NCBI GenBank assembly: GCA_964525635.1
Contig: CAZGJX010000060.1
Coordinates: 1 to 25,488 of the forward strand
Origin: an uncultured archaeon
Lineage (GTDB): Archaea; Asgardarchaeota; Lokiarchaeia; Sigyniarchaeales; SOKP01
Reading direction: 5' to 3'
Length of the DNA stretch: 25,488 bases
This document shows positions 1-10,112 of this stretch, in pieces (position 1 is the stretch's first letter; each line of letters begins with the position of its first letter). Both the position numbers and the translations under genes were made by a program. The notes under the pieces were generated by a model. The model made no database searches, was not told the DNA's origin, and saw nothing but the letters and a program-made list of their open reading frames with translations.

Positions 1-311
1 CTTATGAAATGAGATGAAAGTGTTTATAATTTATCATTCATTTGGAAAATTGACCGGTTTTTGATTCTTATATTAATAAATATATGGTTAAATAAATTGA
101 GAAAAAAAATCTTATATCTGAAAATATCAATGATAAATAGAAAAATAGAAGAAAATTAGCTCTTAATTAAAAAATAGATTGATAATTTTTATATAATAAA
201 GCTTTCATTAATTATATAATTCCAATTTTTTAATGATAATTTTAAATAGAGTACTTCTCTACTTATAGTAAATATTACTAAAAAACACATTGTTAAAACA
301 TAATTGATTCA

Positions 312-1064
312 ATGTCGATAGAAAATAACTCAAAAAATGATAAAATCAATCTAAATGAAGTAAAAGCGAAAAGGATTGTGATTAAAGCTATAAATTTAAA
401 AAAGGATTATGAAATAGGAGATTTCATAGTTAGAGCCGTGGAAAATGTTAATATTCAAATAAGGGAAGGAGAATTAATTGTTATAAAGGGACCTTCTGGT
501 GCTGGAAAAACTACATTATTAAATCTTCTAGGGGGATTAGATCTTCCTACGGAAGGAGAAGTCTATTCTTTTGGTGTAAAAATCTCTGATATGGAACAAG
601 AATCTCTAGCTATTTTCAGGTTAATGAATTCTGGATTTATATTTCAAAATTATAATCTTATAAGTACACTAACCGCTGAAGAAAATGTAATGTTTCCTCT
701 TAGTTTAATTGGGGAAAAATTGGAAAATCAACGAAAGATTGCAGTTAAATTATTAACGGACGTTAATCTTGCAGATAGAAGAGAACATCTACCATTTCAA
801 CTTTCATCAGGAGAGCAACAAAGAGTAGCCATAGCTCGGGCAATGGCAAATAATCCTCCTGTTATTTTAGCAGATGAACCAACTGCAAATTTAGATAAAA
901 ATACAAGTATATTTATAAGAAATCTCTTTAAAAATTTTAAAGAAATGGGAAAAACAATAATTATTGCAACCCATGATGATTACTTGATAGAACTTGCTGA
1001 TAGAGTTTTAGACTTTCATGATGGGAAAATATTAAATGAAGAATTTATTAAATTAAAAGAATAG
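312..1064 (+). CDS. ABC transporter ATP-binding protein (LolD/MacB/FtsE-like)
   Basis: Walker A GPSGAGKT, Q-loop GFIFQ, signature LSSGEQQR, Walker B ILADEPT, H-loop ATHD; directly upstream of an FtsX-like permease. Confidence 0.95.
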   Translation: MSIENNSKNDKINLNEVKAKRIVIKAINLKKDYEIGDFIVRAVENVNIQIREGELIVIKGPSGAGKTTLLNLLGGLDLPTEGEVYSFGVKISDMEQESLAIFRLMNSGFIFQNYNLISTLTAEENVMFPLSLIGEKLENQRKIAVKLLTDVNLADRREHLPFQLSSGEQQRVAIARAMANNPPVILADEPTANLDKNTSIFIRNLFKNFKEMGKTIIIATHDDYLIELADRVLDFHDGKILNEEFIKLKE

Positions 1065-1075
1065 GAATTGTAAAT

Positions 1076-3010
1076 ATGTCTCTTGATTTTGCTCTTAAAG
1101 ATTTCTATAGGAAAAGGAAACAGACGATTCCTTATGTCTCTACAATTGCTCTAATAATCACTCTCGCTATATTTCTAATTCATTTCTCGACTTCATTTAA
1201 TTTAAATACATTCATCGTTCAAGAGGGTGTTTATGCAAATCTATATTTCTTTTCAGGAGCAGTTAATTATACTTATTCCCAATTCAATATAATTATTCTA
1301 GTTTTAATATTAATTTTTGCAGTATTGATTATCTCTGTAATAACATCTTCATTTATTAATAGTAAGAAAAAAGATATATCAATCATGAAAGCTCTAGGAA
1401 CCCTCCCAGAAAAACTTTATAATTTTTATATCACAGAGAGTTTTATTATTTTTTTTATTGGATTCATCATAGGTTATTTATTAGGATTATTTATTTATAC
1501 TATCTTCTTAATTGCAATAGATTTCACTAAGATAACCGTCTTTTTTCAATTTGACTTTATTTTTTCAACAATCCTTTTTTTATTATGTTTTTCAAGTATG
1601 TTTTCAATCTCTTGGTTTAAACTAAAAAGAATTGGAAAGAAAAATGTTATTAAATCATTTTCAAATGATATTGAATATGATTATTGTGCATTAGAGAAAC
1701 ATACATTAATACCTAAATGGTTATCTTCGTTAGGATTTAATTTAAAATTTACCATTTCAAATATTATAAGAAAAAAAAATAAATTCTTACATTATTTTAT
1801 CACATTTTTTATAATTTCCCTTTTGATTTTTACATTAGGATTGAGTGCACTAGTTTTAAATAATTCTTCTAAAATGTGGGTAGAGAAATCACAAGGCGAA
1901 AATATCATTGTTATTGGACATAATGATGTATTAAAACAATATTCATCTATGTATGAAATGTATTCAAATCCAAATACTTTTATTGATAAAAATGATATTC
2001 AGTTTACCAATGAGAGTTATCTTTTCAACTGGTCTCAAATTGATGAGATTGGGGATATTCCTGAAATAAAAAAAATTGATCAAAGACTTATAGAATTTTG
2101 CGATATAAAAGAAGAAACTGTGACTATAACTACTCCCCCAAATGAAGTTAATCCTCAAGGAAGCACTCAAACGTATGGACAACATAGAAGCGGAAATTTT
2201 CCGATTATAGGTATTAATTCAAGTAACATAATTCAAGATTTTGAAATAGAAGGAAGATTCTTTACTCAAGATGATGCGCATTTGAATTTAACAATTTCAG
2301 ATGGTTTAGCATATAACTATTTTGATTTCGCACTAGTTCAAGACATTTCTTTCCCAAATTTGGATAACCGATTTGGAATATCTGGTATTGTGATAGATAG
2401 TTTTTATTCAGGTCACAATGCTTACATAGACATAATAGAATTTAGAGATATGCTAAATATAAGTGAGAATAGTGTAAATATAATATTATTAAAGATAAAA
2501 AATAAGTCTTATAGTCTTATTAAAGATCAAATAGAAATGATTTTGATAAATAATCTTGGAAATGATTTTAAAAGTATGGATCTTGCTAATGTTTTTAATG
2601 AAAATCTAAACTTTATAAATACATTAAGCTCATATAGTTTAATTTTAATAATATTAACAAGTATAGTATCTCTATTTTCTTTCTATGATCTACAAAAAGG
2701 TGATTTATCAGAAAAACTGAGAGATTTAATAATAATGCGTTCTATTGGATCAAAAATCCAAAACATAAGAAAAATATTATTCTTCGAGGGATTATTCACA
2801 ATAGTTCCTGCTGTACTTTCGAGTTTAGCTGGGGGAATGATAATTAATTCATTATTTCTATCAGATAGAGTTTATTTACCTTCATTAGATGTTCCTTTTA
2901 TGCTTATTGGATTAATATTATTATTATTTATTATATTAAATTATTTTATTTTAATCCCAATTTTAAAAAGAATAAAGAATGTATCTTTTAGGGATATAAT
3001 TTCCTTTTAA
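1076..3010 (+). CDS. FtsX/MacB-like ABC permease (duplicated FtsX domains)
   Basis: Two FtsX-type motifs (KKDISIMKALG, LRDLIIMRSIG), about 8 TM segments, one large extracytoplasmic loop; 11 nt after the ATPase. Confidence 0.88.
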   Translation: MSLDFALKDFYRKRKQTIPYVSTIALIITLAIFLIHFSTSFNLNTFIVQEGVYANLYFFSGAVNYTYSQFNIIILVLILIFAVLIISVITSSFINSKKKDISIMKALGTLPEKLYNFYITESFIIFFIGFIIGYLLGLFIYTIFLIAIDFTKITVFFQFDFIFSTILFLLCFSSMFSISWFKLKRIGKKNVIKSFSNDIEYDYCALEKHTLIPKWLSSLGFNLKFTISNIIRKKNKFLHYFITFFIISLLIFTLGLSALVLNNSSKMWVEKSQGENIIVIGHNDVLKQYSSMYEMYSNPNTFIDKNDIQFTNESYLFNWSQIDEIGDIPEIKKIDQRLIEFCDIKEETVTITTPPNEVNPQGSTQTYGQHRSGNFPIIGINSSNIIQDFEIEGRFFTQDDAHLNLTISDGLAYNYFDFALVQDISFPNLDNRFGISGIVIDSFYSGHNAYIDIIEFRDMLNISENSVNIILLKIKNKSYSLIKDQIEMILINNLGNDFKSMDLANVFNENLNFINTLSSYSLILIILTSIVSLFSFYDLQKGDLSEKLRDLIIMRSIGSKIQNIRKILFFEGLFTIVPAVLSSLAGGMIINSLFLSDRVYLPSLDVPFMLIGLILLLFIILNYFILIPILKRIKNVSFRDIISF

Positions 3011-3125
3011 TTTCCTTAAAAAGCTATTAATATAAAATGATTTTAAAGCAAATTGTTTAATATTATAAAGACTTTATTTTTATATATAGCAATTACGATT
3101 TTGAGAAGGATAGATTATCTTAAAA

Positions 3126-4382
3126 ATGTCAAACGACACATTAAAAATCCAGATAGATGATTTGAAAAAAGAATTAGATCAAAAAAATGAAGAAATAAAT
3201 ACACACTTAGATAGAATTGACTATTTAGAAAATAACATAATGCAATTAGAGGATCTTATTCAAGAAGGACAATCAACGGGGAAAATTGATACTGCGAAGT
3301 ATCAAAATGTACAAGCACAAATACAATTAGAGGAAAAAGATAAGGAAATAAGAACTTTAAAAAATAACCTTGGTTTTCTCAGAAAAGAAAAAATGGCTCT
3401 CCAAAAAGAATTGGATGAGAAAGATAGAGATGAAAGTCATACTTATTCAGTTATGGAAAGAGATAAAGATAATGAACCACTTCATACTTTAATTAAAGAA
3501 TTACAATCTAAAATTAATAAACAACAATCTTTGATAAGCGAGTTAAAAAGTAATAAATCTAGTAATAAATCTTCAAGTTTAGATTTTGAAAATAAGTTAA
3601 GTGAAAAAGAAAAACTCATCAAAGACTTAGAATCAGAAATAACTAATCTAAAAGCTGAATTAAAATTATCAGAATCAGCAGAGAATAAAAAAAATAAAAA
3701 AACTATATCCAGCAGTTTAACAGAGATGCTCCAAGAAAAATTAAACAATACCAGAAAAAAGGTTGAAATTTTAGAAAAAAAACTTGCTAAATATGAAAAT
3801 ACTGAAGCTAAAGCAGCAAAATCAAAAGATGAAAGTGATTTTGCTGAATTAAAAACTCAAATAATAGGTTTACAAAATCAATTAAAACATAAAGATGATG
3901 ATATTAAAGTCTTTAAGAAAACGGTTTTAGATTTAGAAGAAGCACAATCAAAAATAGCCCGAGATCTTGGATCTGGAGTTATTTCTTCTCTAACTGATGA
4001 ACTTCAACGTAGATTGAATAAAGCTAAATATTATATCAGATCTTTAGAAACAAAACTTGAAAGATATGAAAATAGTTCAAAATTGGAAGAAGAATTGGAT
4101 GCTTTAAAAATAAAGGTTAAATCTCAAGATGTTTTACTCAAAGAAAAAGAAGAAAATCTTATTATCATTAAAAAAGAAGCAACTAAAAGTAATGAAGAAA
4201 TTACAAAATTAAAGAAGTATATTGATGCAATAAAAGGGCACTCAAATTTAAAGATAGAAGTACCTCAAGAAATCACTCCTAACGTGAAATTAAGGATATC
4301 AGAACTTAAGATTTTGGTAAAAGAATTAGAAAAGAAAAATGCAGAACAAAGATTAGAAATCACTCAATTAAGAAAATCATAA
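3126..4382 (+). CDS. Long coiled-coil protein of unknown function with internal repeats
   Basis: 418 aa, K/E/L-rich heptads throughout, no Walker motifs; repeated SSLTxxLQxxLN…LExKLxxYEN block. Confidence 0.85.
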   Translation: MSNDTLKIQIDDLKKELDQKNEEINTHLDRIDYLENNIMQLEDLIQEGQSTGKIDTAKYQNVQAQIQLEEKDKEIRTLKNNLGFLRKEKMALQKELDEKDRDESHTYSVMERDKDNEPLHTLIKELQSKINKQQSLISELKSNKSSNKSSSLDFENKLSEKEKLIKDLESEITNLKAELKLSESAENKKNKKTISSSLTEMLQEKLNNTRKKVEILEKKLAKYENTEAKAAKSKDESDFAELKTQIIGLQNQLKHKDDDIKVFKKTVLDLEEAQSKIARDLGSGVISSLTDELQRRLNKAKYYIRSLETKLERYENSSKLEEELDALKIKVKSQDVLLKEKEENLIIIKKEATKSNEEITKLKKYIDAIKGHSNLKIEVPQEITPNVKLRISELKILVKELEKKNAEQRLEITQLRKS

Positions 4383-4393
4383 AATGATCCTCA

Positions 4394-5374
4394 ATGGAGT
4401 TAATTATATTAGGGTCTTCAGCTGCAATACCAGTAAATAATCGGAATTTATCCTCTATTGCATTAACTTATCATTCTAATATTATTTTATTTGATTGTGG
4501 TGAGGATCTTCAACGGCGCTTTAATGACGCTAAATTGAAATTTAACAAACCATTGATTATTCTTATCTCTCATTTTCATGGAGATCATATTATTGGTCTA
4601 CCTGGGTTATTATTTAGATTCAATTTAATTGACCGAACTGCTCCTGTTAAAATATTTGGGCCCAGAAACTTATTTTTATATCTCTATGTTCATAGTAAAA
4701 TTCTAGGTTTAAAAGCTAATTATCCATTATTTGTGTATGAAATCAATCATGAAGATAAACAACTTATAGAATATGAGAATTTATCATCTGAAATCCCAAA
4801 AAATCAATATGATATTAATGATAATATTATCTTTGAAAAAGAAAGATATTCTATCAAATATGCTGAAGTAAATCATTCTGTAGAGACATATGCTTATGCT
4901 TTCATAGAAAATCTACGATATGGTAAATTTCATCCTGAAAAAGCACGAGAATTGGGAATTCCTGAAAGTGGACTTTGGAAGAAACTCCAATCTGGAAAAA
5001 AAATTATAATTAATGGAAAAACCATCGATCCTTATGAAGAAGGAATTGTTGATTTAAAAAAACCTGGACGAAAAGTAACTTACTCAGGTGATACTGTACC
5101 GTGTGATTCATTAATTAAATTAGGTAAAGATTCAGATATTATTGTTCATGAGTCGACTTTTGCTAAAGATCTATCTGAAATTGCAGAAGAGAAAAAACAT
5201 TCCACCTCCATAGATGCAGCACTCGATGCAAAGAAAATGAATGCTAAGCAACTAGTTTTAACTCATATATCTTCTCGATATAACGATAATGCCCAAAAGC
5301 TTTTAGAAGAAGCGAAAGAAATTTTTCCAAATACAATCTTAGCTGAAGATCTAATGAGATTAAAAGTTAAATAA
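4394..5374 (+). CDS. rnz: Ribonuclease Z (tRNA 3' endonuclease)
   Basis: LGS…P…R N-terminus, FDCGE, HFHGDH metallo-beta-lactamase motif, exosite arm, SGDT, HEST, HST and LTHISSRY motifs. Confidence 0.95.
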   Translation: MELIILGSSAAIPVNNRNLSSIALTYHSNIILFDCGEDLQRRFNDAKLKFNKPLIILISHFHGDHIIGLPGLLFRFNLIDRTAPVKIFGPRNLFLYLYVHSKILGLKANYPLFVYEINHEDKQLIEYENLSSEIPKNQYDINDNIIFEKERYSIKYAEVNHSVETYAYAFIENLRYGKFHPEKARELGIPESGLWKKLQSGKKIIINGKTIDPYEEGIVDLKKPGRKVTYSGDTVPCDSLIKLGKDSDIIVHESTFAKDLSEIAEEKKHSTSIDAALDAKKMNAKQLVLTHISSRYNDNAQKLLEEAKEIFPNTILAEDLMRLKVK

Positions 5375-5580
5375 ATTATGAAATAAATCAGAATATATAA
5401 TTACGGAATTTTTATAATAATATATTTTAATAATCATTTAATTTATTTTAATGATTCATTATTAATAATAAGTTAGATTATCAAAATCAATAAAAATGAG
5501 ATGAAAGGTAGAAAATCAATAAATCTGAATATAAAATAATTTCAATAATTAGTATCGTATCTCTAATATGTCCAATTATA

Positions 5581-6207
5581 ATGTTCAATTCTTCTTTAGC
5601 TATTACGATTGATGATACTACTTTTTTTCCTAAAGAAAAGGATACTTATTTATGGAATACAACAAAAGCTTACTTCCCAATTGCTTTAGGATTTATGATT
5701 AATCTCACAATTGAGTCGATATACAAAGGTAAAGATGGTCCATTTGATGCTATGATTGTAAACTGTACTCTGATTCAAATAGATACTTTAACTGATACGC
5801 GATTTACTGAAATAAATAATAGTTTTTATATGGCATCTAATCATAGTGAAAATTACCTTCGATATCAAATAATTGATATACCCTATATATTCATGACAAT
5901 CTTACCCTTAAATTTAACTTTAATCGGTGAATTTTTAAAAAATATATATAGTTATAGTAGTTATAACACTTCAGGTAAAACTTTAACTTTAATTGGTGGA
6001 ACTATGATAAACCAACAGACATACAATTCAAATGGAATATTAACAAAATCTATAACTCATTTTTTGAATGGAACACTTGTTGGAGAAATGATTCTAGTTA
6101 ATGGTGTAGAAAATAATAACTCCATTCCATTAGGAAATAGTTTAATAGTAATGATATTTGTTAGCATAGTGGTGATAGTTTACATTACCAAGAAAAAAAT
6201 CAAATAA
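5581..6207 (+). CDS. Putative cell-surface (glyco)protein with C-terminal sorting/anchor segment; true start probably about 5515
   Basis: Many N-x-S/T sequons; C-terminus IPLG + hydrophobic helix + KKKIK; in-frame signal-peptide-like stretch upstream (5515-5580). Confidence 0.75.
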   Translation: MFNSSLAITIDDTTFFPKEKDTYLWNTTKAYFPIALGFMINLTIESIYKGKDGPFDAMIVNCTLIQIDTLTDTRFTEINNSFYMASNHSENYLRYQIIDIPYIFMTILPLNLTLIGEFLKNIYSYSSYNTSGKTLTLIGGTMINQQTYNSNGILTKSITHFLNGTLVGEMILVNGVENNNSIPLGNSLIVMIFVSIVVIVYITKKKIK

Positions 6208-6501
6208 TTTTTTTTTATCATTCCTCATTTTTCTTTTATTAAGTAAAAATGACTATTTAAACGAATAATTAAAATCAATCTTTTTTACTAATTTTAAGTA
6301 TAAAAAAGAAAAAATATTGTCATTTTTCAGTAAAGTTTTTATTATATAAATTTTTAAATCTTTAAAATTCAAAAGCATAAAATCTAGATAAAATATATGG
6401 TTATTTCTAATATAAAAAATTAAAGATTTTTTCTTTTTGAATCAGATTTAACAAGAAAAATAAAAAAAAAAGAAAATATAAGTCTCTTAGTTAAAGAGTT
6501 T

Positions 6502-7722
6502 TTATTCAGGAATTATTCCCCAACTCGATAAAATAGTATTACCTAATCCAAAATAACCTGTTTTATTATTTAAATCATAAGTAAAGAAACTAAGAGTACA
6601 TGTTGAGAGGGGATCACTAGGATTTGGTAATCGACAAATCGAATTATTAGTAGTGTCATAATAACTAAGAATCTCCATAAGGTCTATAACAGTTATCGAA
6701 GTACTTGTAGATAGTTTACAAGAAGCAAGATATTCAGCCATAAACTGTCTCTCCTTACAATAAAGTGGATCTATTAGATATTGCTCTAATTCTTCTGTAA
6801 TATATGTATTTGTTCTTACGGCAAAGCTATTTTCTCCAACCTCTTCTTCTACACAAATTGGGTTAATCGTTTCACTAGCAATTACGTTATTTTCATCTGC
6901 AATAATAAAATTCCATGAGCAAGTATATCCATCCGTAAGATATGTCATAAACTCGTTTGCATTTTTAGCATTCTCAAATGCAATCTGTGTCTTGATCATT
7001 GTTGGAGTACTAAAGATTTGGTGAATTTTATTTGTTTGGACGAGAGTAACTAAAGAACTCACATATTCACTCTTGCCAATGGGAAGCATTGCTGCTCCAA
7101 TATAGAGTGAGAAGATCGATATTCCTGAAATACTAGCTTTGACCCATGATAAAGTAGGAAAAAATATAAGACCAAAATCCATATTTTGTCCAATAACATT
7201 ATTTTCATCATTAATCACAATGGCAGTGCAGCCTGCTAACTTTCCCATTGAAGTCATTATAGGATTCAGTATACCATAAAATAAGTCAAGAAATACAATC
7301 TGAAGCAGGATATCTGTGTAGGAGAGGGATGGAATAGCTTTTGAGATCCCATATATCTCTGTTCTATATATATGGGGAATGTAAAGATTATATATATAAG
7401 AAAGAAAAATAAAAAGATCCATTGGTATCTCATAATAAAATAGTAATTCATTGATAATTTGATCAAGTGTTATGATTTGGTCAGCAAGATATTCACCTTT
7501 TAATTTCCCTAAATTATAATGGTCTGTAGCAAATATTTCTAAATAATATTGCCCATTTGTTTCTCTCCATTCTGCTCTATTGCAAAAGGTTCCTGATTGA
7601 ACATCTATTTCAGAAATCTTACTTTTACCTAAGCTAATGGGAGTGATATACCCCAAAATGGAAGAAAAGGTTAGGATAAATAAGAATGAGAATAATTTCC
7701 TTTTAGATATTGTTTTATTCAA
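6502..7722 (-). CDS. C45 family Ntn-hydrolase (autoproteolytic acyltransferase/peptidase), exported
   Basis: GCT nucleophile motif followed by GQNMD, later RTNTY; N-terminal hydrophobic signal; TTG start. Confidence 0.8.
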   Translation of the reverse strand: MNKTISKRKLFSFLFILTFSSILGYITPISLGKSKISEIDVQSGTFCNRAEWRETNGQYYLEIFATDHYNLGKLKGEYLADQIITLDQIINELLFYYEIPMDLFIFLSYIYNLYIPHIYRTEIYGISKAIPSLSYTDILLQIVFLDLFYGILNPIMTSMGKLAGCTAIVINDENNVIGQNMDFGLIFFPTLSWVKASISGISIFSLYIGAAMLPIGKSEYVSSLVTLVQTNKIHQIFSTPTMIKTQIAFENAKNANEFMTYLTDGYTCSWNFIIADENNVIASETINPICVEEEVGENSFAVRTNTYITEELEQYLIDPLYCKERQFMAEYLASCKLSTSTSITVIDLMEILSYYDTTNNSICRLPNPSDPLSTCTLSFFTYDLNNKTGYFGLGNTILSSWGIIPE

Positions 7723-8412
7723 TTTTAAATCCTTTTTTTTCTAAGTAAGATATTAATATATTTATAATAATAGTTAAAAAGGCATAGAAAAAGTCAAAAA
7801 AATTTCAACACCAAGATAATTAGCTATAAATATCTCCATTTGGAAAAAATATAATAATTACTTTTTTAAAATCGAAATATCAAGTTGAAGCTATTAAAAT
7901 ATAAAAAAAAAGAAAGAAAAAATCTGAAACAAGGTTAAATAAAATGAATTGAGAGTGAAATATTATATTTTGTTTAAAATATCCTCTAAGATAAGGAGAA
8001 TAAAATATATCCCGAGATTATTTTTTCTAAAAAAATAAAAAAAAAAATATCTTATAAATTTATATGGTAAGAAAGTGAAATGCTAAAGATCAATTTAATT
8101 TCATCATTAAATAAAAAAAACAAATAAATTTCATTAAGTCAAAAAAAGTATCTAACTATGAATTCAAGTAAGAAAGAGGAAAAAGAGGAAACAGTTATTA
8201 TTGATAAAGAGATGAGAAAAACAACAATTTTTGTAAATCATCTGGAAATTAAATAAAAGATTATCTAAATTTAAGCTACACTATGGGAGCTTAATATCTT
8301 TTTTTTTATTAATTAATAATTAAGTTATTCTTCGTATATATTTCTCATATGATAAGATGACTGGAACATATATAAAAATATTAAAAAAAAGAAAGAAAAA
8401 AAAATTAGTCCC

Positions 8413-8622
8413 TTAAAATCCACCTGCTATGTGAGGTAACACAACAACCTCATCACTAGGCTTTATTTCAGTATCTGGGTTGGCCTTTTTCCCATTTACC
8501 AAAATTCCAAAATACTTATCTTCTAAATTCAGTTCTTTAAGAAGGTCTGCCACTGTCATAGATTTTTCAGGGCTAAATGTTTCGTAAATACCGCTCTCGA
8601 GAAGTTCACTTATTTGTTTAAT
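8413..8622 (-). CDS. ThiS/MoaD (SAMP-like) ubiquitin-like beta-grasp protein ending GG-F; absent from ORF track
   Basis: Manual translation (I/M)KQISELLESGIYETFSPEKSMTVADLLKELNLEDKYFGILVNGKKANPDTEIKPSDEVVVLPHIAGGF*; TVADLL, VNG and DEV…P…GG are ThiS/MoaD hallmarks; ATT start 7 nt after GAGGT, first ATG at 8559. Confidence 0.88.
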   Translation of the reverse strand: MKQISELLESGIYETFSPEKSMTVADLLKELNLEDKYFGILVNGKKANPDTEIKPSDEVVVLPHIAGGF

Positions 8623-8823
8623 TTTTACAACCTCTAACGTTAATTAACAGTTATATTAATAATATTTAATCATATATTTATAATTAACCTTTAAGAATAT
8701 TAAGTCATTAAATGATTAGATTTTCGTTAAAAAATTATTAAATTCTTAATTTCCAAGATAATAATTAAATTAAATTTATTTAATAGATGTATTGAGACTA
8801 TCTCTATATATAGGTAATAATTT

Positions 8824-10095
8824 TTGGTTAAGAAAATTGCATTTGTAACATACTATAATAAAGATAACATATTTAGTTTTAATGCAATAATTGCTGCCAT
8901 AGAAATTAATGAAATAATAAAAGATATTAAAATTTATTACATAAGAGATCATCAAAAATTATTTGATAAATTACCAGAAATCTTAGATGAGTATGAAATT
9001 GTCATTATTGGATTTTCAATATTTACAGTACAAATTTGGGATATATCTGATATAGTACAAAAGTTAAGAAAAAAATACAGAAATAGATTATTACTCATAG
9101 CAGGTGGACCACATCCATCAGGAGACCCAAAAGGTACTCTTGGGATGGGTTTTGACGTTGTATTTATTGGTGAAAGTGAGAGGTCTATTGTAGAATATAT
9201 GAAATCAATCCAAAAAAAAGATTCATTTAAAAATATCGAGGGAATAGCATATCTGGATGAGGATATGAAATTCTATAAAAATAAAAAGAATTATACTATC
9301 GATTTAAATGAATATCCTCCTTTTCCTCTAATAAATACAAAATATGGTTCTATTGAAATTACTCGTGGATGCCCTTATATGTGTTATTTTTGTCAAACAT
9401 CATTTATGATGGGAAATAAAGCTAGATATAGGTCAATAGAATCAATTTGTAAGTATATAAAGATTCTCAAGAAAGAAAATTTGACCGATATTCGATTTAT
9501 CACTCCAAATGCTTTTTCTTATGGTTCTGATGATGGTAAAAGTATTAATATGATAAGATTAGAAGAGTTATTATCAAAAGCTAGAGCAATAATTGGTCCG
9601 AAGGGGAGGATTTTCTTCGGTACATTTCCTTCGGAAGTAAGACCTGAACACGTTAATAAGGAAACATTAAATTTATTAAAAAAATATACAAATAATGATA
9701 ATATTGTAATTGGTGCTCAATCGGGGAGTCAAAGAGTCTTGGATCTTTGTAACCGTGGACATAATGTCAATGATATTTTTCAAGCAGTAAGATTAACGAA
9801 AAAAATAGGATTTACAGCAAATGTCGATTTTATCTTTGGATTACCAAAAGAAACTAACGAGGATAGAAAAGAAACCCTTCAAGTGATGAAAGAGTTGATA
9901 GAAATTGGAGCAAAAATACATGCTCACTATTTTATACCTCTTCCACAAACTCCCTTTTCTCGAGCAAAAGTTAAAAGAATTGATAAAAAAACTGAAGATT
10001 TTTTAAGAGACTTTAATTTCCGAGGTAAAATTTTTGGTAGCTGGAAAAAACAATTTAATTTTTCATTAAAAATAAGTAAGGAATCTACATATTGA
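8824..10095 (+). CDS. B12-binding-domain / radical SAM protein (MJ1487/TIGR04013-like)
   Basis: AGGPHPS and GESE in the N-terminal B12-binding-like domain; EITRGCPYMCYFC CxxxCxxC motif; GAQSGS; DFIFGLP. Confidence 0.9.
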   Translation: MVKKIAFVTYYNKDNIFSFNAIIAAIEINEIIKDIKIYYIRDHQKLFDKLPEILDEYEIVIIGFSIFTVQIWDISDIVQKLRKKYRNRLLLIAGGPHPSGDPKGTLGMGFDVVFIGESERSIVEYMKSIQKKDSFKNIEGIAYLDEDMKFYKNKKNYTIDLNEYPPFPLINTKYGSIEITRGCPYMCYFCQTSFMMGNKARYRSIESICKYIKILKKENLTDIRFITPNAFSYGSDDGKSINMIRLEELLSKARAIIGPKGRIFFGTFPSEVRPEHVNKETLNLLKKYTNNDNIVIGAQSGSQRVLDLCNRGHNVNDIFQAVRLTKKIGFTANVDFIFGLPKETNEDRKETLQVMKELIEIGAKIHAHYFIPLPQTPFSRAKVKRIDKKTEDFLRDFNFRGKIFGSWKKQFNFSLKISKESTY

Positions 10096-10112
10096 AAAGA
10101 TAACAATAATCT

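Noticed and set aside
1964-2185. 73-aa minus-strand ORF
   Set aside because: Antisense shadow inside the permease, no motifs.
3482-3748. 88-aa minus-strand ORF
   Set aside because: Antisense shadow of the K/E-rich coiled-coil gene.
7266-7466. 66-aa alternative-frame ORF
   Set aside because: Nested within the C45 peptidase, no independent evidence.
8158-8256. 32-aa plus-strand ORF MNSSKKEEKEE…
   Set aside because: Too short, no SD or recognisable motif.
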